Source of the DNA: a virus
Lineage: Duplodnaviria > Caudoviricetes
IMG/VR virus record: IMGVR_UViG_3300046167_000167
Coordinates: 1 to 53,240 of that record
Direction: 5' to 3' (one strand)
DNA length: 53,240 bases
Part shown: positions 39,010-46,973 of the stretch, in pieces
How the letters are laid out: each line of letters opens with the position of its first letter
How positions within the stretch are numbered: position 1 is the stretch's first letter
Notes under the pieces: generated by a model
The model's database searches: none
What the model was told of the DNA's origin: nothing
The model's input: only the letters and a program-made list of their open reading frames with translations
Program-made: the position numbers and the translations under genes

Positions 39010-39213
39010 TCAGGTGGCAGATACCTTATATAGTATGTCCCACTTATCAAACGATACATCAGTCTCATGGGGCATTGCCACCGCCGCATTTGATTTCTGC
39101 ATATATACAACGACATAGTCTTTTTTAAGTTTATCCGCTGAAGTTAAAGCATCATATAACGCTTCGCTAATCTCTAGTGCCTGCTTAGTGTTTATATTAA
39201 GTGTAGTTGTCAT
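39010..39213 (-). CDS. hypothetical protein
   Basis: MTTTLNINTKQALEISEAL..; RBS GGAG; terminator downstream. Confidence 0.6.
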   Translation of the reverse strand: MTTTLNINTKQALEISEALYDALTSADKLKKDYVVVYMQKSNAAVAMPHETDVSFDKWDILYKVSAT

Positions 39214-39508
39214 TGTATCTCCGTTTCTCTTTAGAACTTGTTTTATTAAGTGGGAGATAAAAGAAAATTTCCCCGCGCGAACACGCCATACATCACTGCA
39301 TATTAGTATCACTTAGATAATACAAGTTCTTTCTGGGACGTTGGGCGGCAGGTTGCTCAAATAAAAAATTGCGCTTAATTAAAATATCTCTGACGGTTTT
39401 ACTCAGGTATTACGTTTGATATTAGCAGTTGATTTTGATGAGTGGCACATATATACACTTAGGGCGGCTCTGGCCGTTTTTCGAAACCAACCAATGGAGA
39501 CCAATCAC

Positions 39509-39691
39509 ATGATCACTATGAACCAACTTGTGGCCATCGAAGCCGCCACACATAACCGCAAGACGCCCTCAGATATCGATGCGCTGCTTGCTACCACCTA
39601 CTTCAGCCAATCGCTGCAAGAACAGCGCGAGATGGGCGAACTGTCCCTGCCGCAGTTTATTCGTGTTCTAAAAAAGGGAGGGCAATCATAA
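39509..39691 (+). CDS. early hypothetical protein
   Basis: ATG 39509 after the AACCAACCAATGGAGACCAATCAC leader. Confidence 0.7.
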   Translation: MITMNQLVAIEAATHNRKTPSDIDALLATTYFSQSLQEQREMGELSLPQFIRVLKKGGQS

Positions 39692-39900
39692 TGACACTGA
39701 TCGCAAACTACCCGACCAAAAAGAACTGCAAAGAGCATATTGGCCAGCGCCTGCACTACTTAGAGACCAGCCTGTTTGGCCCTGAGTATCAGGCGAATGG
39801 AAAGCTGACTGTTTGCAACCGCCCTCATATCACCGGGCATGGACGCGAATGGTTTGGTCAGATCGTCATGAAAGACGGCCTGATCGCCTCAGTATCGTGA
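39691..39900 (+). CDS. early hypothetical protein
   Basis: 69 aa; YPTKK..IGQRLHYLETSLFGPEY; RBS GGAGG. Confidence 0.75.
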   Translation: MTLIANYPTKKNCKEHIGQRLHYLETSLFGPEYQANGKLTVCNRPHITGHGREWFGQIVMKDGLIASVS

Positions 39901-40018
39901 GGTGCGACTGTTCATAATTTGCTATGGAGCCGGATCGCTCTGGCTCGATATCCTTACAATTTTGTTTACTTAACCAACCAACCAACAAGACCAATCTTTG
40001 ATCGTGAAAGGATCACAA

Positions 40019-40915
40019 ATGTTAGACTTCCAAAACTTTAATCACGCCCTCGAACTGCCAACCAATATTGACTTCGCCCCAGCCTTTGAGGCCTCGCGAT
40101 TGGCAAAGCACAAATTTGTCATAAACGAAGTGACAGGCGAAGTGATCGGACACGTTGGCGACACCTTTACCTGTGCATCTCATCGTGACTTTTTCGAGGG
40201 TGTATTCAGTCAGGTGCAAGAGAACCTGACATCTGAAGACATCGAAGGTGCAGAGATCAGCTACAAGAATGGCCGCTCAAATGCATTCGCCATGATGGAT
40301 GTGCAGCTCCCTTCGGTCAGCTCTGAGATCGTCACCACCAACGGCCACACAACAAAATTGGCCCAGCGTATCATCGCACTGCACTCTATCGATGGCGGCA
40401 GCGGATCGAATACTACGCTGTTCGGAAACATCGATAATTTTTGTTTAAACGGTCAGGTCTCCGGCGAATACTCTACAGTCCGCCGCCGGAACACTTCGCA
40501 GTTTTCAGTCGAGGCTTTTATCAAGCAACTGCGTCAGTCAAAGAATGACTTCTATCTACAATCAGAACAGCTCCAGCAATTTGCCCAGACTGAACTGGCG
40601 GACAATACAGTGAAGCGGCTGTTGGATAGTATGCTGAACACTGCCAAGCCTGATCCAGAGGCCAAGCGCCGGAACGTCGAGACCAAGGCCGATAAAATGT
40701 TCAAACTGTACCGGGATGAGGTCCAAGTGCGCGGTGCAAATAAGTTTGCTCTGGTCAGCGCGTTCTCGAATTATGCGACATATGCAGATGATCGAAACGG
40801 CTTCAACCTGCGGAACACCGCCAACAAGAATGAGACCAAGGCGACATCGATGATGGCCCGTGAGCTTGAGGTCAACAAGTGGATGTCCGACAGCCGTTTC
40901 TTGGAGGCAGCGTAA
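40019..40915 (+). CDS. DUF932 / DUF945-like early protein
   Basis: GEVIGHVGDTF..HRDFF, LHSIDGGSG..FCLNGQ, NKFALVSAFSNYAT; likely start ATG 40019. Confidence 0.7.
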   Translation: MLDFQNFNHALELPTNIDFAPAFEASRLAKHKFVINEVTGEVIGHVGDTFTCASHRDFFEGVFSQVQENLTSEDIEGAEISYKNGRSNAFAMMDVQLPSVSSEIVTTNGHTTKLAQRIIALHSIDGGSGSNTTLFGNIDNFCLNGQVSGEYSTVRRRNTSQFSVEAFIKQLRQSKNDFYLQSEQLQQFAQTELADNTVKRLLDSMLNTAKPDPEAKRRNVETKADKMFKLYRDEVQVRGANKFALVSAFSNYATYADDRNGFNLRNTANKNETKATSMMARELEVNKWMSDSRFLEAA

Positions 40916-41145
40916 TGCGCAAAATATATCAAAGCGAATTGAGCGAGTTTGTGGATTATTGCTGGGGATTTTATGGCACTGGCCAAGTCTATGATCTGGG
41001 AGCATCTCGCTCGGCAATCAGATCAGCTTGCAGGCTAGTGACCCACCGCAAAGATATTCCATTTGAAGGTTACACTTATGACCGTGAATATGTTCGCCAG
41101 ATTTTGGAGAGCATTGGCTATGAAGAAAAAGAGGGAGAAGTGTAA
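40915..41145 (+). CDS. early hypothetical protein
   Basis: FVDYCWGFYG..FEGYTYDREYVR; TAATG-coupled. Confidence 0.7.
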   Translation: MRKIYQSELSEFVDYCWGFYGTGQVYDLGASRSAIRSACRLVTHRKDIPFEGYTYDREYVRQILESIGYEEKEGEV

Positions 41146-41522
41146 TGGGTTTGCATATACAAGTTTATCGCCCGTTTTTGGATGGTGTTGATTGCACAAA
41201 TGGTGGGGTCTCATCCTACGCCACCAGCCTATGCTTGGTGAATGCCGAAGGTCCATTCGAGCCATCTGCGGATGTCCCGGCAGTGATGTTGGTTCCCGGC
41301 AACGTGCCGGACAGTGTGAAAATTGTGCCGCTCGATGACGATGGTCAGCCTCGCAGTGGAACTATGTTCGGAGGTAATCTGGCTCGATCGTCTGACAGTC
41401 GGTTCGGTCAATTGCTGAGAACTATGCTGCATCCGATTGCGGCAGGTTCATACACATCTGGTAGTGTGGCCATTCACGATAGAATTGAGACAGCGGCTGA
41501 GGCTGAATTTTACAGCCGCTGA
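41145..41522 (+). CDS. early hypothetical protein
   Basis: 125 aa; DCTNGGVS..MFGGN..SDSRF..IHDRIE; RBS GGAG. Confidence 0.75.
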   Translation: MGLHIQVYRPFLDGVDCTNGGVSSYATSLCLVNAEGPFEPSADVPAVMLVPGNVPDSVKIVPLDDDGQPRSGTMFGGNLARSSDSRFGQLLRTMLHPIAAGSYTSGSVAIHDRIETAAEAEFYSR

Positions 41523-41545
41523 TTAGACACTAATTTCTCCCAACT

Positions 41546-41575
41546 GGCCCCGGCAAATGCTGGGGTCTTTTTTTG
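41546..41575 (+). terminator. intrinsic terminator
   Basis: GGCCCCGGC-AAAT-GCTGGGGTC followed by a T-run. Confidence 0.8.
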
Positions 41576-41808
41576 TCTTAGACCGCCCCAAAAATAGCAA
41601 AATCGCCGTACATTGCCGAAACGATCTTTTTTGATCTCAGATATGGCAGAAACTGTTAACGCACTCAGTGGCGCTCTCAGGCGCTCTCAGGCAATTTAGC
41701 TAAAATCTTATCTGTCACTTTATTAGTTGTTAAATTGCACCACTTACTTTAGTGTGGGGTCACGGGCAGTGTGCCTGACAACCAACCAACCAACCGGAGA
41801 CCAATCAA

Positions 41809-42069
41809 ATGACACAACCAAACTTAAATCTACTGAATGAAATGGCCGCTGACATCTTTGGCGGATACACAAAAGAAGTCGAACTGCGCAAAGTCAAAAA
41901 AGGTGGATATTTCAAACGCAAACCTACCGCAGCCGCTGAATATATTCGCAACCACTATAACCGCAAAGATCAGTTTGGACCTGCAAATTACTCATGTTCT
42001 GACAGCGAGGATATGAACCGGGAGATATTCCTGAAGCCTTCCACAATCGTTTATGTGGAGGCCTACTGA
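41809..42069 (+). CDS. early hypothetical protein
   Basis: 86 aa after an (AACC)4GGAGACCAATCAA leader. Confidence 0.75.
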   Translation: MTQPNLNLLNEMAADIFGGYTKEVELRKVKKGGYFKRKPTAAAEYIRNHYNRKDQFGPANYSCSDSEDMNREIFLKPSTIVYVEAY

Positions 42070-42389
42070 TGCGCTTATATGTTAACAGCAAAGGCCAGTG
42101 GGCAGGGACGCAGGCAGAGGCCAAAAAGATCGACGCCCACCTGATCGATGTGCCGACAGATAAGCCGAGCCTGATTGCATTCCTAAACGGGCAGAAAAAG
42201 ACTGTGGCCGTCGAGGCTGTCGAGCCGACACCTGTCCCATCGAAAAAGCAGAGGCAGCACATCAGCCATGAACTGTTCGATGTGGCCAATCGTGCCACCA
42301 TCCAAGAACTTCAGACTGTGGTCTATCGCTATCTGATGCAGGTGGATGATGCCCTCGATCTGAATACCAAAAACCAACCAACCAAATAA
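42069..42389 (+). CDS. early hypothetical protein
   Basis: 106 aa; GQWAGTQAEAKK..VPTDKPSLIAFLN; coupled start. Confidence 0.75.
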   Translation: MRLYVNSKGQWAGTQAEAKKIDAHLIDVPTDKPSLIAFLNGQKKTVAVEAVEPTPVPSKKQRQHISHELFDVANRATIQELQTVVYRYLMQVDDALDLNTKNQPTK

Positions 42390-42404
42390 TCGGAGACCAA
42401 TCAA

Positions 42405-43121
42405 ATGAACCGCCAAGAAATCTTAAAGAAACTAAAAGCATTCGCTCAGCGCACTGTTGAAAATGGATGCACTGAGGCTGAGGCAATTGCAGCGGCCAAG
42501 GCTATGCAGTCACTGCAAGAAAAGTATGACTGCACACTCACAGAGCTAGACATCTCCCTGACTGAATATGTCAAAGATAAAATAACTTTAGGCACAAAAA
42601 TAAAGCATCCCGTCTGGGGTGCGCTGTTTGGTTTGCAGGTATTCACTGGGGTGCGCCTCGTTTCATATGGAACGAAGCTCACAGTCTTTGGACAACAGCA
42701 CTGCGTGGACAATGCCATCTACCTGATCAGCCTATTGCAATCATCTATGGAGCTAGAGTTTTTGAGATATAAAAATTCGGCAGATTATGCGGAGCAGAAA
42801 TTTTACCATCACGCCAGATCGATCCGCTCTAGCTTTATGAATGGAATGGCATCCCGCCTTAGTTCCCGTTTGCTGGCCATGCATAATGAGAGCCGCCAAA
42901 ATGTTGAGCAGCCGACAGGATCAAACGGCACGGCCTTGGTGGTCATGGCAGATAAGGCGCTCGATACCGCCTACAGGAAGGCCTTCCCCAATCTCAGATC
43001 AGGACGCAGTCAGACCACCAGCCGTGTTGCAGGGGCATCGTCTGCCGGACGCTCTGCCGCCGACCGTGTAGGCCTTCGCAGTGGGGTCTCAGGTGGCGGA
43101 TCGCAGAGGCTGTTAGGTTAA
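42405..43121 (+). CDS. DUF2786-domain protein
   Basis: N-terminal ILKKLKAF..NGCTEAEAIAAAKAMQSLQEKY; C-terminal SFMNG..AGRSAADRV. Confidence 0.75.
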   Translation: MNRQEILKKLKAFAQRTVENGCTEAEAIAAAKAMQSLQEKYDCTLTELDISLTEYVKDKITLGTKIKHPVWGALFGLQVFTGVRLVSYGTKLTVFGQQHCVDNAIYLISLLQSSMELEFLRYKNSADYAEQKFYHHARSIRSSFMNGMASRLSSRLLAMHNESRQNVEQPTGSNGTALVVMADKALDTAYRKAFPNLRSGRSQTTSRVAGASSAGRSAADRVGLRSGVSGGGSQRLLG

Positions 43122-43231
43122 TGGATCTGGTCAAAATACTGGGGCGGCTGACCGCAGCCGTCCAATTCGTTGTGGTGATTTTAGTCATCGCCAATTTCAT
43201 AAACATCGCAATTAAGTGGAGCATCATCTAA
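43121..43231 (+). CDS. 36-aa membrane peptide (not in the ORF track)
   Basis: MDLVKILGRLTAAVQFVVVILVIANFINIAIKWSII; TAATG-coupled at both ends. Confidence 0.6.
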   Translation: MDLVKILGRLTAAVQFVVVILVIANFINIAIKWSII

Positions 43232-43563
43232 TGCTAGTACAAACAAAAAACAGAATGGACCTTCTCCCTGCATCTGATCGCTGGCCAACGTCTGGCGATT
43301 ATTCTGCCAGCAATTGGAAGGCCTCGACCGTCACACTGGGGCATATCTTTTTGGGTGATCCACCGCAAAAAATGAAAGACGCAATTCACAATACTTCCGA
43401 CGCTGATCTGGTGTCAGGCTTCGGAGCAACCAATCGTCTGATCTGCTACTATCGTGTGCATCCTGTGACGAACAAGGATGAGATCGAGCATCAAGAGATC
43501 AGAAAAAACTTAATGGAAAACGAACTATGTATTCGGCTGAGGGCCGGGAGGGTAGAGCAATGA
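43231..43563 (+). CDS. early hypothetical protein
   Basis: Coupled ATG 43231; RBS GGAG. Confidence 0.6.
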   Translation: MLVQTKNRMDLLPASDRWPTSGDYSASNWKASTVTLGHIFLGDPPQKMKDAIHNTSDADLVSGFGATNRLICYYRVHPVTNKDEIEHQEIRKNLMENELCIRLRAGRVEQ

Positions 43564-43742
43564 TAGCAGTGTGCAGAGATGAATGCGGTGATGAGCAACT
43601 TGTGGACTGCTTAGGCCAGGACACAGGCAATATTCCTGGTGAGTGGACCTTTAGATATTGGAGGCAGTGGTCTCCACTGCATCTAGCTTATGATCGCCAG
43701 CAAGGTGACGGCGATTATTACAATCCCGAAGAGGATTGTTGA
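43560..43742 (+). CDS. early hypothetical protein
   Basis: ATGA overlap; MIAVCRDECGDEQLVDC; terminator follows. Confidence 0.6.
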   Translation: MIAVCRDECGDEQLVDCLGQDTGNIPGEWTFRYWRQWSPLHLAYDRQQGDGDYYNPEEDC

Positions 43743-43770
43743 GGTAGCATCGATCATAACAAACGAATGA

Positions 43771-43796
43771 AGCAGGCCTCCGGGCCTGTTTTTTTG
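43771..43796 (+). terminator. intrinsic terminator ending the early cluster
   Basis: AGCAGGCC-TCCG-GGCCTGTT plus a T-run. Confidence 0.8.
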
Positions 43797-43827
43797 TGCC
43801 TGACGTTAAAAGTAGGATGCACCTGAG

Positions 43828-43984
43828 AGGCTCAGAGAGAGCCGCACAGTGACGCAACAGCTCAGTGGCATATTAGTGCAGTTAATAGTTTACCCCACTG
43901 AGAGCGGCTGTGCGTGGCTGTGTGATGGTGGGCTATTCGCGGCCAACACCTAGTGACAGGCTCAGAGAAGGCCGCACAGTGACG
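43828..43984 (+). repeat. 27-bp imperfect direct repeat, two copies 130 bp apart
   Basis: AGGCTCAGAGA(GA/AG)GCCGCACAGTGACG at 43828-43854 and 43958-43984. Confidence 0.85.
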
Positions 43985-44034
43985 TTAGCAGCCAGCAATG
44001 GGTCGTAGGTGGTGGCGTAGGAATGGCGGCTCAG

Positions 44035-44109
44035 GTGGACGGCTAGAGTGGACGGCTAGAGTGGACGGCTAGAGTGGACGGCTAGAGTGGACGGCTAGAG
44101 TGGACGGCT
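44035..44109 (+). repeat. 13-bp tandem repeat (GTGGACGGCTAGA), 5 copies plus a partial copy
   Basis: Perfect copies start at 44035, 44048, 44061, 44074, 44087; partial copy at 44100. Confidence 0.95.
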
Positions 44110-44581
44110 GGGGTAGACATCGAGGCAGGTGGCTGAAGGTATACAATCGCTCCCTTCGCTCCCTTGTCAGGTGATCGTCAGACCTCTGAGCAGGCGCAGC
44201 GCGTAGGCTCGATCGCTGGCAGATCGTGACATTTATCTCACAGTATTTTGCTTGTGGCAGATTGTGCCATAATTAATTTTATCGACATCTTTTAAATAGC
44301 TGTAATCTTTTGACAATTACCCAATCGACTGCCAACTGCTCAGTGGTAGGTTTAAGTATTACCCAATAAAAACAACAGCCTAAGATATTCTGCTATGATC
44401 TAATCTTTCTCAGCGAGATCTCGGCCACCCCCGGCGACTGCCACCCCCCTCCCCCCCGGTGTCGTATACAACCACGGCCTATTTTGGGAATTTTGCAACT
44501 GTAAATGGCCCCAAGCCGACTTCTAGGTACACGATATTCGTAAAGGCACTAGATGCAGTGGTTTTTAGGTATACAAGCACC

Positions 44582-44610
44582 TTGTAAAGTATTTAGCTAA
44601 CTGCTATACT
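44582..44610 (+). promoter_or_regulatory. sigma70-type promoter
   Basis: TTGTAA-17 nt-TATACT with TG extension, upstream of ORF 44655. Confidence 0.65.
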
Positions 44611-44654
44611 AAGCCACCAAGTACCAATCTAGTTGTAGCGACTAGGACAACCAC

Positions 44655-44999
44655 ATGAGAGATCATCCCGCAGAGGATACTGGGGCAGACGGCAGACTGT
44701 TTGATGCTGGAATACCCTTCTACATCGATCACGACTTACAGGTAATCAACAGCGGCACACTGTTTGTGCAGTCTACTATTGAAGTTGGGGACATAGACAG
44801 GCTGACTGTCTTAAAACCTTTCTATGAGATAATCACTGACATCCTCGACAACGTAGAAGATGACTACGGTGAGCTATATGCCATAGCAAATGAACTTAAT
44901 AGAGAAGCGGAAAGGCTACGGGAATTAGCACAGAGGATAGAAGACAGCGACCAGAGTGTAGCTGATCTTTTTGATACTGCCTATGACTCAACAGCTTAG
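44655..44999 (+). CDS. hypothetical acidic protein
   Basis: 114 aa; RBS AGGA; C-terminal coiled coil. Confidence 0.7.
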   Translation: MRDHPAEDTGADGRLFDAGIPFYIDHDLQVINSGTLFVQSTIEVGDIDRLTVLKPFYEIITDILDNVEDDYGELYAIANELNREAERLRELAQRIEDSDQSVADLFDTAYDSTA

Positions 45000-45411
45000 T
45001 CTATTTCCATTAGACGAAGTACTTTCTGAGGAAGTTCTCAGTAAGAAGTGCATAGCCTGCGGATGTGATAAGGTCATTAGTGATTTCCCCATTCTACGCA
45101 GAGGTAGAGGTGAGCGGGATACTATGAGGTCTGTCTGCAAGGAATGCCACAAAGTAGCCTGTGCTATAGTGGCAGACTACAGAAATACTAACCCCTTGCC
45201 GGACGACTTTTGCTGTCCTCTATGTAGTAGAAGTATGGAAGACTTCCAAAAGGAAGGACGCTATAGGACACAGTCTCCTTTTTCAGTGGATCATAATCCT
45301 GAGACTCTAGAAGTACGCGGCTGGATATGTAACCCATGCAATAGTTCGATGGGTCTAGCTAAACATTCAGTAGACGTACTGAGCAACATGATAGAGTACC
45401 TACAAGCATAG
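44983..45411 (+). CDS. endonuclease VII-like (His-Me finger) nuclease
   Basis: CxxC pairs plus SVDHNPETLEVRGWICNPCNSSMG. Confidence 0.8.
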   Translation: MTQQLSLFPLDEVLSEEVLSKKCIACGCDKVISDFPILRRGRGERDTMRSVCKECHKVACAIVADYRNTNPLPDDFCCPLCSRSMEDFQKEGRYRTQSPFSVDHNPETLEVRGWICNPCNSSMGLAKHSVDVLSNMIEYLQA

Positions 45412-45490
45412 CGGGTATGCCACTTATCTATCTACTCCTTAGATCACCTAATTGTTATAATGTGATCACATATAGTTAAGGAGATTAGAT

Positions 45491-45676
45491 ATGTTCACTA
45501 AGTTATTTGCAATACTCGTACACACATTCACAGGCGAGAGTGCATTACTCAAGAGCCTACAGAAGACCCAACAGCAAAGGGCTGACTACTGGATCTTACA
45601 GAATATGACAGACAAGGATTTAAGGGATATCGGCATTACCCGTGGAGAGATTAACTCTAAGGTATTTGGCGGGTAG
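45491..45676 (+). CDS. DUF1127 family small protein
   Basis: LQNMTDKDLRDIGITRGEI signature; RBS AAGGAG; extended -10 TGTTATAAT at 45453-45461. Confidence 0.85.
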   Translation: MFTKLFAILVHTFTGESALLKSLQKTQQQRADYWILQNMTDKDLRDIGITRGEINSKVFGG

Positions 45677-45763
45677 ACTGCTTTAAGTAATCTACTTAGG
45701 CACCTACCCCCATACTAGGGTGACTTAGAGTATGTATATAGTATACCGCTCAACCGACAATTC

Positions 45764-45792
45764 ATTATACCCATTAATTACCTAACTGTCAA
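45764..45792 (-). promoter_or_regulatory. perfect-consensus sigma70 promoter firing leftwards (antisense)
   Basis: TTGACA (45792-45787), 17 nt, TATAAT (45769-45764). Confidence 0.75.
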
Positions 45793-45826
45793 TGTAAATA
45801 GTTAGCAACAGCACCTAATTAGGGGC

Positions 45827-45856
45827 TTGACCAAGTGTTACATTAAATGGTAAAAT
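45827..45856 (+). promoter_or_regulatory. divergent rightward promoter for the late arm
   Basis: TTGACC-18 nt-TAAAAT with TG extension. Confidence 0.6.
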
Positions 45857-45871
45857 GAAGGATAAATAAAA

Positions 45872-46129
45872 TTGTCGTTTAATTTATATTATATACGCGC
45901 TGCAATTCAAGAGCGCACAGGCCGAGTGCTAAAGTTCGATCACATCAAGAGACTGTTAGTAGAAGAGGGATTGGTTACTCAATCGGAGTTAGACGCCAAT
46001 CCCTTAGCTAAAGAGTTCGACGGGTATGGTCGATACTTTGCCACTGAAGATTGTTCAGTAGCTATACCGCTTGAGCCTAGAAGATTTATTCCAGAACTTA
46101 TTGATGAGGACTTTGACGATGAAAGCTAA
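45872..46129 (+). CDS. hypothetical protein, possible winged-helix DNA-binding protein
   Basis: IRAAIQERTGRVLKFDHIKRLLVEEG pattern; TTG start is uncertain. Confidence 0.55.
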   Translation: MSFNLYYIRAAIQERTGRVLKFDHIKRLLVEEGLVTQSELDANPLAKEFDGYGRYFATEDCSVAIPLEPRRFIPELIDEDFDDES

Positions 46130-46292
46130 AGCGTGTGGCGCGGATGTTAGCCCAGCCAAGAAACGTAAGATGCCGTCCCTAAATATGGGCGGTATGGTTA
46201 CTAAGAAGAAGAAGCCAGCATACGGCGGCGGCGGGATGGCCATGAAGAAACCGGGCTATAGCTACGGCGGTATGGCTGGCAAAAAGAAGTAA
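46119..46292 (+). CDS. small Lys-rich protein with three xxGG motifs
   Basis: MKAKACG..LNMGGMVTKKKKPAYGGGGMAMKKPGYSYGGMAGKKK. Confidence 0.7.
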   Translation: MKAKACGADVSPAKKRKMPSLNMGGMVTKKKKPAYGGGGMAMKKPGYSYGGMAGKKK

Positions 46293-46489
46293 TGTTTGTC
46301 GGGGTCTTGCTTCTCTGTATGTCGGTAACAGACGTATCTAGCTGTGACGTACAGATGAAGCCTAAGACTATTTATTCTTCTCAAAAAGAATGCGCCGTAG
46401 AGATGTTTAAGATCGCCAAGTACGCAGCAAACAGATTGCAAATGGTGACCAAACCTTACTGCTTTTCAATAGAGGGACACAACATCTAG
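46292..46489 (+). CDS. small exported or membrane Cys-containing protein
   Basis: 65 aa; hydrophobic N-terminus; four Cys. Confidence 0.65.
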   Translation: MFVGVLLLCMSVTDVSSCDVQMKPKTIYSSQKECAVEMFKIAKYAANRLQMVTKPYCFSIEGHNI

Positions 46490-46507
46490 CAAAACTTTCG
46501 GGGGGGA

Positions 46508-46966
46508 GTGATGCTTGCAGAAATTGCAATGGCCAACGCCGCGTTTTCGGTAATCAAAACGGCGGTGCAGAATGGCCGGGAACTAGCTCAGTGCGGTAAA
46601 TCTATCAGTGATTTCTTAACTGCCGAGGATAGCCTTAAAGAAAAAGCTGACAGTGACAAGAAATCTATTTTTAAAAAAGTCATGGGTAAGGACACCGCCG
46701 ACTTTGAAAGTTTCCTAGCTCTCGATCAGATCAAAGAACAGCGCCGTCAGCTTGAGTCTCATATGCGTCTGTACGGAAGACCCGGCCTCTACGATAGCTG
46801 GGTTGAGTATCAGGGGCAGGCTAGGAAGGCTAGGAAAGAGGCTGAGAGACAGCGGAAGAAGGAGAGAGAGGAGCTTGTAGAAGCCATCTCAATCTTCGCC
46901 GGAGTTATGATTATTTTAGGTCTGGCGGTAGGCGGCGGCTACCTTTTCTACATCTACAAAATGTGA
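46508..46966 (+). CDS. hypothetical coiled-coil protein with a C-terminal TM helix
   Basis: 152 aa; RBS GGGGGAG. Confidence 0.75.
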   Translation: MMLAEIAMANAAFSVIKTAVQNGRELAQCGKSISDFLTAEDSLKEKADSDKKSIFKKVMGKDTADFESFLALDQIKEQRRQLESHMRLYGRPGLYDSWVEYQGQARKARKEAERQRKKEREELVEAISIFAGVMIILGLAVGGGYLFYIYKM

Positions 46967-46973
46967 GGCTTTC

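Noticed and set aside
38341-39500. CI/Cro repressor switch at the divergence point
   Set aside because: None of the ORFs flanking the divergence shows a recognisable HTH or S24 peptidase motif by eye; an HMM search is needed to exclude a divergent one.
44035-44109. CRISPR array
   Set aside because: Head-to-tail 13-bp units with no spacers, and no cas genes in the window.
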